Shown: positions 55,837 to 64,000 of the stretch, piece by piece
Layout: each line of letters starts with the position of its first letter
How positions within the stretch are numbered: position 1 is the stretch's first letter
Source of the DNA: an uncultured delta proteobacterium
Lineage (GTDB): Bacteria > Desulfobacterota > Desulfomonilia > Desulfomonilales > Desulfomonilaceae
DNA: 64,000 nucleotides
Direction: 5' to 3'
Assembly: GCA_963789265.1 (NCBI GenBank)
Contig: CAWBKB010000003.1
Coordinates: 1,056,001 to 1,120,000, forward strand
Notes under the pieces: model-generated
Database searches by the model: none
What the model was told of the DNA's origin: nothing
What the model saw: only the letters and a program-made list of their open reading frames with translations
Position numbers and translations under genes: made by a program

Positions 55837-56532
55837 GCTGTGAAGCTCCTCTGCCTAGAGCCTAACTGTAGTGAGCTGCATCGAGATTCGCACCGTTCTC
55901 GCGATTTTGGAGCGGGACGCAGCGTGCAACGCCCCTACACGTTGATGTGCACGTGCTGCGTATGACGCAGGGCCAAGCGTGCAGTGCCCGGATGCGAAGC
56001 GCAGTCCACTACTGTGCAGTTCACTGTAGTCTCCTTTATGGTTCCTTCAATAGTACACGATTTACTCGGAAATTCCAGCCCGACGGGGTACCGTTCATGA
56101 GCCGGACCCCACAGAAAAAAATGGAAACTGTCGTCCTTCAATTCGAGCTCAACCTGTTTAGGAGCCGAGTAGTTGATCAATTATTCTTTGATAAGAATTC
56201 AAAGAAGGTTGAAGACTTCAAAGGATTGATTGAGTGTCAGAGTGATTTTTTCTCGTTCCCAGTTAGGCGTTTCGCGGGATTGGGAACCAGAAATGTCTTT
56301 TCAACTGACTCATTATCGTCGTTTGATATTCTCGGACAGGTTCAACTTTTGTCTTGAATAAGAGGACCAAGACATGTGACGATAATGCTGGTGAGGACGT
56401 GAAGTTTGCCGGCTCTTTGCCATGTTGCTTCCGTATGTTCCTCCGATCCACTGAAGTGAAACGATCTAACACTGTAAACCCCTTCCGGACGTGTGGGGGT
56501 CTACGGCCCATTTAGCGCAGTTGCCAGGCATA

Positions 56533-57786
56533 ATGAAATTCAACGCCCTATCTCTGATCTTCGTAGCTGTTTACCTCTCCCAATTTCTCTTTTCGTTGTG
56601 GTTGGAGCGGCTGAATCGTAACCATCTCCAGAGATCGGGTAACGAAGTGCCCAGACCGTTCGAAGAAGTTGTTGATGCAGACACGCTCGCCCGCATCAAC
56701 GCGTATTCCGTAGATAAAAGTCGACTCTTTGAAATCCGGAAAATTACGGTCGACCTGACGCTTCTAGCAATCATCTTAACCGGCGTACTGCCGATCGCGG
56801 ACAGTTACTCCCTCAATCCGCAATTTCATTATATATGGGCCGGACTGGTTTTCTTCATAGCCGTAGGCGTACTGCTTTTCATGCTGGAGCTGCCTTTTGA
56901 CTATTACAACACTTTTGTAATCGAAGAAAAATATGGATTTAACAAATCAGACTTCAAGACATGGACCTTCGACAATCTAAAAGGAGAATTGTTGTCGGTG
57001 GTTTTTCTCGTGGTAGTTATGGCGCCACTCCTATGGACAATTCACTTGTCGCCGAACTATTGGTGGTTGTGGGGCTTCATCATTATTGCCTCAGTCCAAT
57101 TCATTGTTGTGGTTATCTATCCAGTGCTTATAGCGCCGCTATTCAACAAGTTCGAGCCGCTGGAAGACAGAGAGCTCGTTGCAGCAGTGGAAAAGCTTGT
57201 GAAAAGTGTAGGAATGCGGTCCGGTGGCATATTCAAAATGGATGCAGGCCGAAGAAGCACTCATTCGAACGCCTATTTCACCGGCTTTGGCAAGACCAAA
57301 CGTATAGTGCTCTTTGATACACTTTTAGAACGCCACACTCATGACGAGATCCTGGCAGTGCTGGCACACGAATTGGGACACTTTAAGTTCAAGCATATCT
57401 GGCGGATTTACGCGGTCGGTCAGTTGGCCGCACTTGTGGGCCTCTACGTCTCCCATTTCATGCTGAAATGGGAGCTGCTGTATTCGACTTTCGGCCTCAA
57501 CCTCTCTCAATCGTATATCGCACTCTTTCTTATCGGTATATTCTGGCTCAAAATCAGTTTCTTTGTTAAGCCATTTTATGCGGCCACATCCAGACGCTTC
57601 GAGACGCAAGCAGACGCTTTTGCGGCAAACCTCCAAGAGAATCCTCAGAGTCTTGCCGCGGCTCTAAAGAGAATAGGCGCGCAGAATCTTTCTAATTTGA
57701 CACCTCATCCGTTTTATGTATGGTTCTATTATTCTCATCCACCTCTGCCGGAGAGGGTTGCGTTACTGGAAGATCGGAAGTACTGA
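56533..57786 (+). CDS. M48 family (Ste24/CaaX-like) zinc metalloprotease
   Basis: FVIEEKYGFNK, NAYFTGFGKTKRIVLFDTL, HELGH, SHPPLPER. Confidence 0.93.
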   Translation: MKFNALSLIFVAVYLSQFLFSLWLERLNRNHLQRSGNEVPRPFEEVVDADTLARINAYSVDKSRLFEIRKITVDLTLLAIILTGVLPIADSYSLNPQFHYIWAGLVFFIAVGVLLFMLELPFDYYNTFVIEEKYGFNKSDFKTWTFDNLKGELLSVVFLVVVMAPLLWTIHLSPNYWWLWGFIIIASVQFIVVVIYPVLIAPLFNKFEPLEDRELVAAVEKLVKSVGMRSGGIFKMDAGRRSTHSNAYFTGFGKTKRIVLFDTLLERHTHDEILAVLAHELGHFKFKHIWRIYAVGQLAALVGLYVSHFMLKWELLYSTFGLNLSQSYIALFLIGIFWLKISFFVKPFYAATSRRFETQADAFAANLQENPQSLAAALKRIGAQNLSNLTPHPFYVWFYYSHPPLPERVALLEDRKY

Positions 57787-57936
57787 CTAACGCGGGGGTG
57801 ACCCATTTGTCAGAGGTCATGGTAATGCCTTGCCCCGAAGACAAACGGACTATTCGACACAACGCCCGCGCCCAATACGGCTCAATAACCGGTCCCGCGC
57901 CCCTGGGATCGGTCCTACCACGAGAGGTCTAGAAAA

Positions 57937-58590
57937 ATGGAAGCCTGGTGGCAGGGACTTTCAACGCTGACTCAAGTTTTCTTCCTGGGAGCGCTCTTTT
58001 TCTCGGTAATTTCAGCCGGTCAAGTGGTATCCATGTTGTTCGGCGTGGGGCACTTCCACGGACACCTGGATCATGCGGGAGGCTTGCACCATACGGATTT
58101 GTCTTCGCACCACTTAGGCTCATCTCCGGGGGGTGGGGGCCATTCGCATGTAGCACATCCTCATGAGGCTCACGGCGCCGAGAAATCTGCATTCACCTTT
58201 GTCTCCATGCGCTCGTTGATTACCTTCGGCACGCTATTTTGCTGGTCTGGGACCCTTTACTTGATGGGAGGCACCCATGCGGTCTGGGCGATAGGATTCA
58301 GCGTGGTATGGGGACTGCTCGGCATGTTAGTCGTTTCTTATCTGATGTACCGGCTGCTCAATTTGGAAGAAATCGGCAATATTGATCTTGGTACTGCACT
58401 GTTTGAAGAGGGCACGGTGTACATCGGCATCCCCTTGAATGGGACCGGCCAAGTCCGGATCATGGTCAGTGGGGTGGTCAGCTACGTCAAAGCGCGTTCC
58501 AAGACAGGGGAAGCAGTCAGTCGCGGAACAAAAGTGCGAGTTGTAGGAGTCTCCGACCAGAGTGTCATAGAGGTCGAGCCTGTAGAGTAA
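57937..58590 (+). CDS. NfeD-like membrane protein with His-rich loop
   Basis: TM helices plus C-terminal OB-fold (GTVYIGIP..GQVRI..GTKVRVV); upstream of flotillin. Confidence 0.8.
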   Translation: MEAWWQGLSTLTQVFFLGALFFSVISAGQVVSMLFGVGHFHGHLDHAGGLHHTDLSSHHLGSSPGGGGHSHVAHPHEAHGAEKSAFTFVSMRSLITFGTLFCWSGTLYLMGGTHAVWAIGFSVVWGLLGMLVVSYLMYRLLNLEEIGNIDLGTALFEEGTVYIGIPLNGTGQVRIMVSGVVSYVKARSKTGEAVSRGTKVRVVGVSDQSVIEVEPVE

Positions 58591-58611
58591 AAAATCGAAA
58601 AGGAGATACGT

Positions 58612-60132
58612 ATGGGAACAGCGGTCATCTTAATCATAATTCTGGCCATCTTCGTGGCCGCAATTCTTCAGATGTTCATGAGTCGGTTCAAGCGCTGTCC
58701 GTCAAATAAGATTCTAGTGATCTATGGAAAGACCGGACAGGGCGTTGCCAAATGCGTACACGGCGGAGCAGCTTTCGTCTGGCCCGTCGTCCAGTCGTAC
58801 GATTGGCTGGATCTGGATCCCTTCGACATTACCTTGGAGCTAACCAGCGCGCTGTCTCATGAGAATATTCGAGTGACCGTGCCCACTACGGTCACTGCGG
58901 CGATAAGTACCGAAGAAGGGCTGATGCAAAACGCCGCGATCCGCCTCCTCGGCCGTAGCAGGGAGGAAGTTCAGAGGCTGGCTCAGGACATTATTCTGGG
59001 TCAGATGCGGGCTGTTATGGCAACCATGCGCATCGAAGAGATCAACCGTGACCGGATCTCATTTATGGCCAAGGTGAACGAGGCGGTGGCAATAGAAATC
59101 GAGAAAATCGGTCTTTCAGTCATAAACGTCAACATCAAGGACGTTGAGGACGAAAGCGGGTACATAAAGGCTCTGGGGCGCAAGGCGGCTGCTGAGGCCA
59201 TTAATCAGGCTATGATAGACGTAGCCGAACAGGATAAGATCGGGAAAATCGGAGTGGCCGAACGAGACCGCGATCAGCGTCGCGCGGTCGCTGGAGCGAC
59301 TGCGGAAGCGGCTGTTGGAGAAGCAGAGGCAGAATCGAATCGTCGTAAAGCGGTCGCAGCGGCCAACGCGTTGGCGGCGGTCGGCGAAGCACAGGCTGAG
59401 CGGGACCGCAGGCAGCAGACGTCATTGCTCGACGCCCAGGCCGTTGAGACCGAAACTACTGCAAATGCCAATAAGGCCGGCTACCATGCGAGCCAGAAGG
59501 TGGCCGAAGAAGAAGCGAGAAGCAAATCCCAATCAGCCGCGATGAAGGCAGACGGGGCTATACGAGTCGCTCAGGAAGAAGCCCAAAAAGCGGCCGAAGA
59601 GGCTCGTGCCCATCGGGAACAGGCGCGGCTTAATGCAGAGGTTGTCGTACCCGCGGAGGCTGCCAAACAAAAGGCGGTGGTAGAAGCTGAAGCGGAGCGA
59701 CAGCAGAAGATACTGGTGGCCCAGGGTGAGGCGGAAGCGGTGACGGTCAGGATGCAGGCCGAAGGCAAAGGGCAGCAGGCCATTCTTGACGGGAAAGCCG
59801 GGGGGTACAGATCGCTCGTCGCGGCGTGCGCGCAGGAACCCAGCCTTATGGCCGCGTTGCTACTCATCGAGAAGTTGGTGGACGTGGCTCGCATCCAGAC
59901 CGAAGCTGTGAAGAACCTGCCCATAGAAAAAATCATGGTCTGGGATGGCGGTGGGGACAGCGGTATGTCAAACTTGGGGCAGCGCATCATGGGCATACTC
60001 CCTCCCATGCACGAGTTGGCCAGGATGGCCGGCCTGGAGTTGCCCGAATTCCTTGGTAAGATCGAGTTCAAGAAGGAAGGATCGCCGGACGAGCCCCTCT
60101 CGGCATCACCGGAAAAGAAGAAAGATGATTGA
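58612..60132 (+). CDS. Flotillin/SPFH domain protein
   Basis: N-terminal TM, GGAAFVWPVVQ, IEEINRDR..F, Ala/Glu coiled coil. Confidence 0.9.
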   Translation: MGTAVILIIILAIFVAAILQMFMSRFKRCPSNKILVIYGKTGQGVAKCVHGGAAFVWPVVQSYDWLDLDPFDITLELTSALSHENIRVTVPTTVTAAISTEEGLMQNAAIRLLGRSREEVQRLAQDIILGQMRAVMATMRIEEINRDRISFMAKVNEAVAIEIEKIGLSVINVNIKDVEDESGYIKALGRKAAAEAINQAMIDVAEQDKIGKIGVAERDRDQRRAVAGATAEAAVGEAEAESNRRKAVAAANALAAVGEAQAERDRRQQTSLLDAQAVETETTANANKAGYHASQKVAEEEARSKSQSAAMKADGAIRVAQEEAQKAAEEARAHREQARLNAEVVVPAEAAKQKAVVEAEAERQQKILVAQGEAEAVTVRMQAEGKGQQAILDGKAGGYRSLVAACAQEPSLMAALLLIEKLVDVARIQTEAVKNLPIEKIMVWDGGGDSGMSNLGQRIMGILPPMHELARMAGLELPEFLGKIEFKKEGSPDEPLSASPEKKKDD

Positions 60133-60201
60133 TGGGGGCAGCCTAGTGCTGATTACTCCGTTTCGCGAACACGGTGACGATAGGAACTCCCGTATGCAAG
60201 A

Positions 60202-60274
60202 AGATTGCTTCGCTGCGCTCGCAATGACAGATAGCGGGAATGTCATTGCGAGGAGTGAAACGACGAAGCAATCT
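60202..60274. repeat. REP-like inverted pair
   Basis: AGATTGCTTCGCTGCGCTCGCAATGACA ... TGTCATTGCGAGGAGTGAAACGACGAAGCAATCT. Confidence 0.85.
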
Positions 60275-60336
60275 CAATCGTGAAAATGTGTTACCGAACT
60301 TATGAAACATAACACTAAGGCAAATAGGAGAAACGT

Positions 60337-60846
60337 ATGCCCGCCAACGAGAAAGTGATCAAGATCTTCGAGTACGCGCTTAACCAGGAAAATACCGGCC
60401 TGAGCTTTTTTCAGCATTCGCTGGAGCGTTTGGGAATGGGCGCGGCCGTTACTGCGTTCAAGACCTTAATTCAAGAAGAACAAATGCATATCGCCTTCAT
60501 AACCCGAATTATCAGCGAACTTAAAGAGGATCGAGAACTTCAGCTCTCGAATATGAAAGACCTTGTTATGGAGCCAACGGACTATTTCGACGATCGCGCT
60601 CGGTCGGAGTTCCTCGAGAGGTGTATTGAGGGTTCCATGGTGCCCGATGTGACCGTTTTCAACACAGCCTGGCTCATCGAGAAGGACTTGAGCGAGTACT
60701 ACGCGGCAATGGCCGACCTAACGGAGGGGAAGGCTAAACAAGCTCTTACGATGCTCTCAAATTGGGAGAAGGAGCACGAAAAGTTCTTCCGGGAATTTCG
60801 CGACAGACTCTCTGATATTTATGCTCTAATGCCCTGGGGAGGATAA
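60337..60846 (+). CDS. Ferritin-like (rubrerythrin-family) diiron protein
   Basis: E..G..FF / EEQMH / EKD..EYY / WEKEH carboxylate-His pattern; AGGAG RBS. Confidence 0.85.
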   Translation: MPANEKVIKIFEYALNQENTGLSFFQHSLERLGMGAAVTAFKTLIQEEQMHIAFITRIISELKEDRELQLSNMKDLVMEPTDYFDDRARSEFLERCIEGSMVPDVTVFNTAWLIEKDLSEYYAAMADLTEGKAKQALTMLSNWEKEHEKFFREFRDRLSDIYALMPWGG

Positions 60847-61064
60847 TTATTTCGGGATCGCCGAAGATGCCACAGAGAGTGCAAAAACGGATCGCACAGG
60901 ACCGCAACAATCAGGAACGCAGCTAGTTAAAAGCATCGTTTTCCTCGCATCGCACGGTCGCAAATCCGAATGGACAATGTATCGACTAAGTTCAATGAAG
61001 AGAAAATACAATCCTCCGCGATCTCTGCGACCTCCGTGGTGAACGATTCCCATGAGGAACCGCG

Positions 61065-62579
61065 GTGACCAAATCCATCCTGGAATATCATGACCAGACC
61101 GCATACCGGCGACATGGCATGTCGGGGCATGGACTGGATTGGGGCACTCAGCCGGACGTGTTCAAAACTTATCCCGGCTTGGAAACGATTTGTTTGCCGG
61201 AGCCAACTCCCTGGCCGACAGATAATTTGTTCACACTCCTGGAACGAGACGTTGCTCATTCGACGCCCCTGGAGATCGACCACTATTGCCTGGCCCTAAT
61301 ACTTCGCCTTACGCACTCCTTGACTGCAAAGGCCCGGCATGGCGGCGTCGATTTCTTCTATCGCAGCGTGGCTTCCGCGGGAGCTCTTTACCCGTTCGAG
61401 CTGTACGTCGGCTTGGCGAACATCCCGGGCCTAAATAGCGGGCTTTACCACCACAGCGTTGCCAGTCAAGGTCTGACCCTATTGCGAGAAGGCAACGCCA
61501 ACCTCGCTCTGGACGGCGCGGTGAAAACCCGGCGGGACACGCCCCCCGGCCTGGTCTTTTTTCTCACTTCCATATTCTACAGAAGCTCCTGGAAATATCG
61601 CGATCGCGCCTATCGGTATCATCTGCTCGATACCGGCCATTTGGCGGAAAACCTAGCCTTAGCTCTCACAGCCGCGTCTGTCCCGTTTGAGGTTCATTAC
61701 GACTTTGCGGACGAATCCGTTAACAGCCTGTTAGGAGTGGACCCGACACTCGAGGCCTGCCTGGCGATAGTATGCGCATGGAATGAGACCAGTGGCCCGA
61801 GCGACTCGGTGGACCTGACCGAGCCTGAAATCGACCTGGCGGATGCGAGCCGTGTTGCGGCAAGAGAGGCCCACTATCCTTTTATTCAAGAATTTCATTC
61901 AGCTACTTCTCCCGTGGTCGAACCTCCCCGCGACGGGCCTCGAATGCTGCACAACTTGGGACCCATCGTTAAAGAAACTGGCAAAATTAACCGCGCGGAG
62001 AAATCGCCGGAGCTGATGAACTATTCTGAAGCGGTTCTCAAGAGACGGTCCATGCGGAACTTTGTGCGGGAAGAATTGCCCGCGGACTGCATGGCGGCTT
62101 TTTTGAAAAGCCTTTGTTATGAAACGGGAGCCAAGAGCCGCTCTCAGCCGACTGGTAGCGATGTGATTTCAGTAGGGCTCCTTGTCGGAAAAGCTGAGGG
62201 ATTCGCCCCTGGCTTCTATTTGCTTGACCGCCGCCATGAGTCGATAGGTCCGGTGTGCCAAGGTGATATGATGGATCGTATGGCGCTTGTCTGCCTGGAT
62301 CAGGCCTGGTTGGCCAATTGTGCGATTCATTTCTTGTTTATCAGTAACTTGAAGCTTCTCGAAGAGAGCCGTGGCCCGCGAGATTACCGCCATGCAATGC
62401 TGTCCGCGGGCCGTCTCGGGCAACTCATCTACTTGGCGGCTACATCTATGCGATTGGGATGCTGCGGAGTCGGAGCATTCTATGATGAAGAGGCGGTAGA
62501 ACTATGCGGGCTGAACGACCAATCGAGGCTGTTGTATCTTGTGGCTGTTGGCCCGGTCAAGAAATGGTCTGTGAAATAG
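61065..62579 (+). CDS. SagB/ThcOx family FMN-dependent dehydrogenase (tandem nitroreductase domains)
   Basis: RSVASAGALYPFE, WKYRDRAYRYHLLDTGH, RRSMRNF, GCCGVGAFYD. Confidence 0.88.
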   Translation: MTKSILEYHDQTAYRRHGMSGHGLDWGTQPDVFKTYPGLETICLPEPTPWPTDNLFTLLERDVAHSTPLEIDHYCLALILRLTHSLTAKARHGGVDFFYRSVASAGALYPFELYVGLANIPGLNSGLYHHSVASQGLTLLREGNANLALDGAVKTRRDTPPGLVFFLTSIFYRSSWKYRDRAYRYHLLDTGHLAENLALALTAASVPFEVHYDFADESVNSLLGVDPTLEACLAIVCAWNETSGPSDSVDLTEPEIDLADASRVAAREAHYPFIQEFHSATSPVVEPPRDGPRMLHNLGPIVKETGKINRAEKSPELMNYSEAVLKRRSMRNFVREELPADCMAAFLKSLCYETGAKSRSQPTGSDVISVGLLVGKAEGFAPGFYLLDRRHESIGPVCQGDMMDRMALVCLDQAWLANCAIHFLFISNLKLLEESRGPRDYRHAMLSAGRLGQLIYLAATSMRLGCCGVGAFYDEEAVELCGLNDQSRLLYLVAVGPVKKWSVK

Positions 62580-62592
62580 AGAGGAGGCCGTC

Positions 62593-63435
62593 ATGGCATT
62601 CGCAACTCTAAAGAAGCTCTTTACGCCGGTGGAATCCATTGATGCCGATCAACTCAGAGCTTATTTAGCCGAACATAAAGAGGGAACTTTCACCCTGCTG
62701 GACGTTCGTCAACCGGGAGAATACAAGCAGGCTCATATTCCCGGTGCGAAACTGATCCCGATAGCGCAGTTGCCCGATCGAATGCGAGAACTTGACTCTG
62801 AAAAGCCGGTCATTGCGTACTGAGCGGTCGGCGGCCGGAGCCGAGTTGCGGCTCAATTGCTGTCAGGTCGCGGCTTTAGGGAGGTATATAACCTCAAGGG
62901 CGGAATAATGGGTTGGAATGGTCTGAAAGCCGAAGGCCCGATGGAACTGCATTTGGATATTGTGCGCGGTGATGAAACGCCGGCAGAGATCATTCGGCTG
63001 GCGTACGGGATGGAACACAGCTTGGGCGGTTTTTATCGTGCTGCAAAAACGAAAACCCTGGACGATGATCTCGCAGGCCTTTTGGAAAGGTTGATAACCG
63101 TCGAAGACAAGCACAAACAATATCTGTTCGAATTGTTCCAATCACTGGAGTCTTCCGGAATCAGCCTTGAAACCTTCGAGGCCGATGTTATACCCAAGGT
63201 CATGGAAGGCGGATTTGATACCGATGAATTCATGAAGCAAAACGAGATATTCCTGGATGACGTCCCTTCATTGCTGGATTTGTCCATGATGCTCGAAACT
63301 CAAGCCCTGGACTTGTATCTCCGCTTCGCGGACAAGAGTGAAAACCAGAAGACGAAAGAAGTTCTCTATCGCATAGGCGATGAGGAAAAGGCTCATCTGG
63401 CCGCGCTCGGCGACATGCGTGACAAGAGGTTGTAG
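62593..63435 (+). CDS. Rhodanese-ferritin/rubrerythrin fusion, probable selenoprotein (Sec77, UGA at 62821-62823)
   Basis: LLDVRQPGEY..HIPGA then PVIAY-UGA-AVGGRSRVAAQLL in frame with ORF 62857..63435; UGA occupies the rhodanese catalytic Cys position. Confidence 0.88.
62830..62864 (+). promoter_or_regulatory. Putative bacterial SECIS element
   Basis: Stem GAGCCG/CGGCTC with AGUUG loop about 20 nt after the UGA, plus lower stem GGCGGC/GCUGUC. Confidence 0.7.
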
Positions 63436-63460
63436 AAACTTTTTAAGTCCAAGGGAACGT

Positions 63461-63575
63461 TAAGAACACGGCACCGAAGAGAAGATTGCTTCGTCGTTTC
63501 ACTCCTCGCAATGACATTTCCAACACCTGTCATTGCGAGCGCAGCGAAGCAATCTTCTTCTGGACCGGGTTCTTA
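63461..63575. mobile_element. MITE-like element with TA-bounded long TIRs enclosing a REP pair
   Basis: TAAGAACACGGCACCGAAGAGAAGATTGCTTCG ... CGAAGCAATCTTCTTCTGGACCGGGTTCTTA. Confidence 0.65.
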
Positions 63576-63811
63576 TAGCGTCTGCCAAACGTAAAGTCCG
63601 TTTGGCCGCCCGATGCCAAGAATGCTGAACATACTCCGCTGTGGACGTTTAGCCGTCATTCTCGCGTACGCCGGAATTCACTGTAGGGGCATCCCTGGTG
63701 GGTGCCCGGAAGAGGGCAGACACAAGATCTGCCCCTACAGACCTCGGATCGGAGTCCGGGGCGTCCCCGCGGGACGCGGGGCAAATCGGTCAAACCTTTT
63801 GGCAAAGCCTA
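63576..63811. repeat. Adjacent composite repeat containing a GTAG-type REP pair
   Basis: Imperfect ends TAGCGTCTGCCAAA / TTTGGCAAAGCCTA; internal TGTAGGGGCA...TGCCCCTACA and CCCGCGGGACGCGGG. Confidence 0.5.
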
Positions 63812-63956
63812 TAACAAAACCGTATTTGCGAAAAGGAGTACTAAGTGCTGTGCGACCCGTGCTGATGCTGTCCTCGCCGGCTGAACCCATTGAATTAGAC
63901 CGGCTTGTGCCTTATCTTTAGTGAGTAAGAATGCTGAAATGCAATGGGGGCAATCG

Positions 63957-64000
63957 ATGAAAACTACCGTTAAAGTCACAGGAATGGCGTGCAATCACTG
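63957..64000 (+). CDS. Heavy-metal-associated (CopZ-like) protein, 3'-truncated by the window edge
   Basis: MKTTVKVTGMACNH then a partial TG codon, matching the GMxCxxC motif. Confidence 0.75.
   Translation, partial: MKTTVKVTGMACNH

Noticed and set aside
55935..56511. Short ORFs between the MacB-like permease and the M48 protease
   Set aside because: No motifs or RBS; probably a divergent promoter region
60143..60317. Possible TIR shell (TAGTGCT...AACACTA) around the REP pair at 60202
   Set aside because: Inverted-repeat match too weak to call without other copies
61065..62579. RiPP (azole-containing peptide) biosynthetic cluster
   Set aside because: No YcaO cyclodehydratase, precursor peptide or transporter adjacent; stand-alone SagB-type genes are common
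10296..63811. CRISPR array or integron attC sites among the palindromic repeats
   Set aside because: Repeats are dispersed inverted pairs without regular spacers; no cas or intI gene
63998..64000. Possible Sec in the CopZ CxxC motif
   Set aside because: The window ends mid-codon (TG); cannot distinguish TGC/TGT from TGA

Overview
64-kb chromosomal window from an anaerobic deltaproteobacterium-like genome. Gene content suggests Desulfobacterota, possibly Desulfomonile-like; this is inference only. Left half (1-32 kb) is an extended acetate/propionate activation and sensing region: an AcuC-like deacetylase with a Bacillus-type AcsA, a GNAT acetyltransferase, acs, prpE, two tandem cNMP-CBS-nucleotidyltransferase (DUF294) genes with a DEDDh exonuclease, an SLC5-STAC histidine kinase with two output-less receivers, and DUF485-actP. 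It is interrupted by a czcBA-type efflux operon, a hicBA pair, and a 4-kb Fe-S/AraC cassette. That cassette lies between two diverged ~318-bp copies of the acsA/czcA junction, whose differences are mostly synonymous. Right half is largely housekeeping: rpsO-pnp-M16 peptidase, smc, pstSCAB with a PHO-box-like array, a sirtuin, ECF sigma/anti-sigma-trxA-trxB, hisI-hisG, an M48 protease and NfeD-flotillin. It ends in a redox/metal cluster: a ferritin-like protein, a SagB-type flavoprotein, a rhodanese-ferritin fusion with an in-frame UGA and SECIS-like hairpin (probable selenoprotein), and the start of copZ. Several REP/MITE-like palindromic repeat families occur between genes. Eight genes, including rpsO and smc, carry single-base frameshifts that are most likely sequencing errors. 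No tRNA, rRNA, CRISPR array or transposase was recognised.
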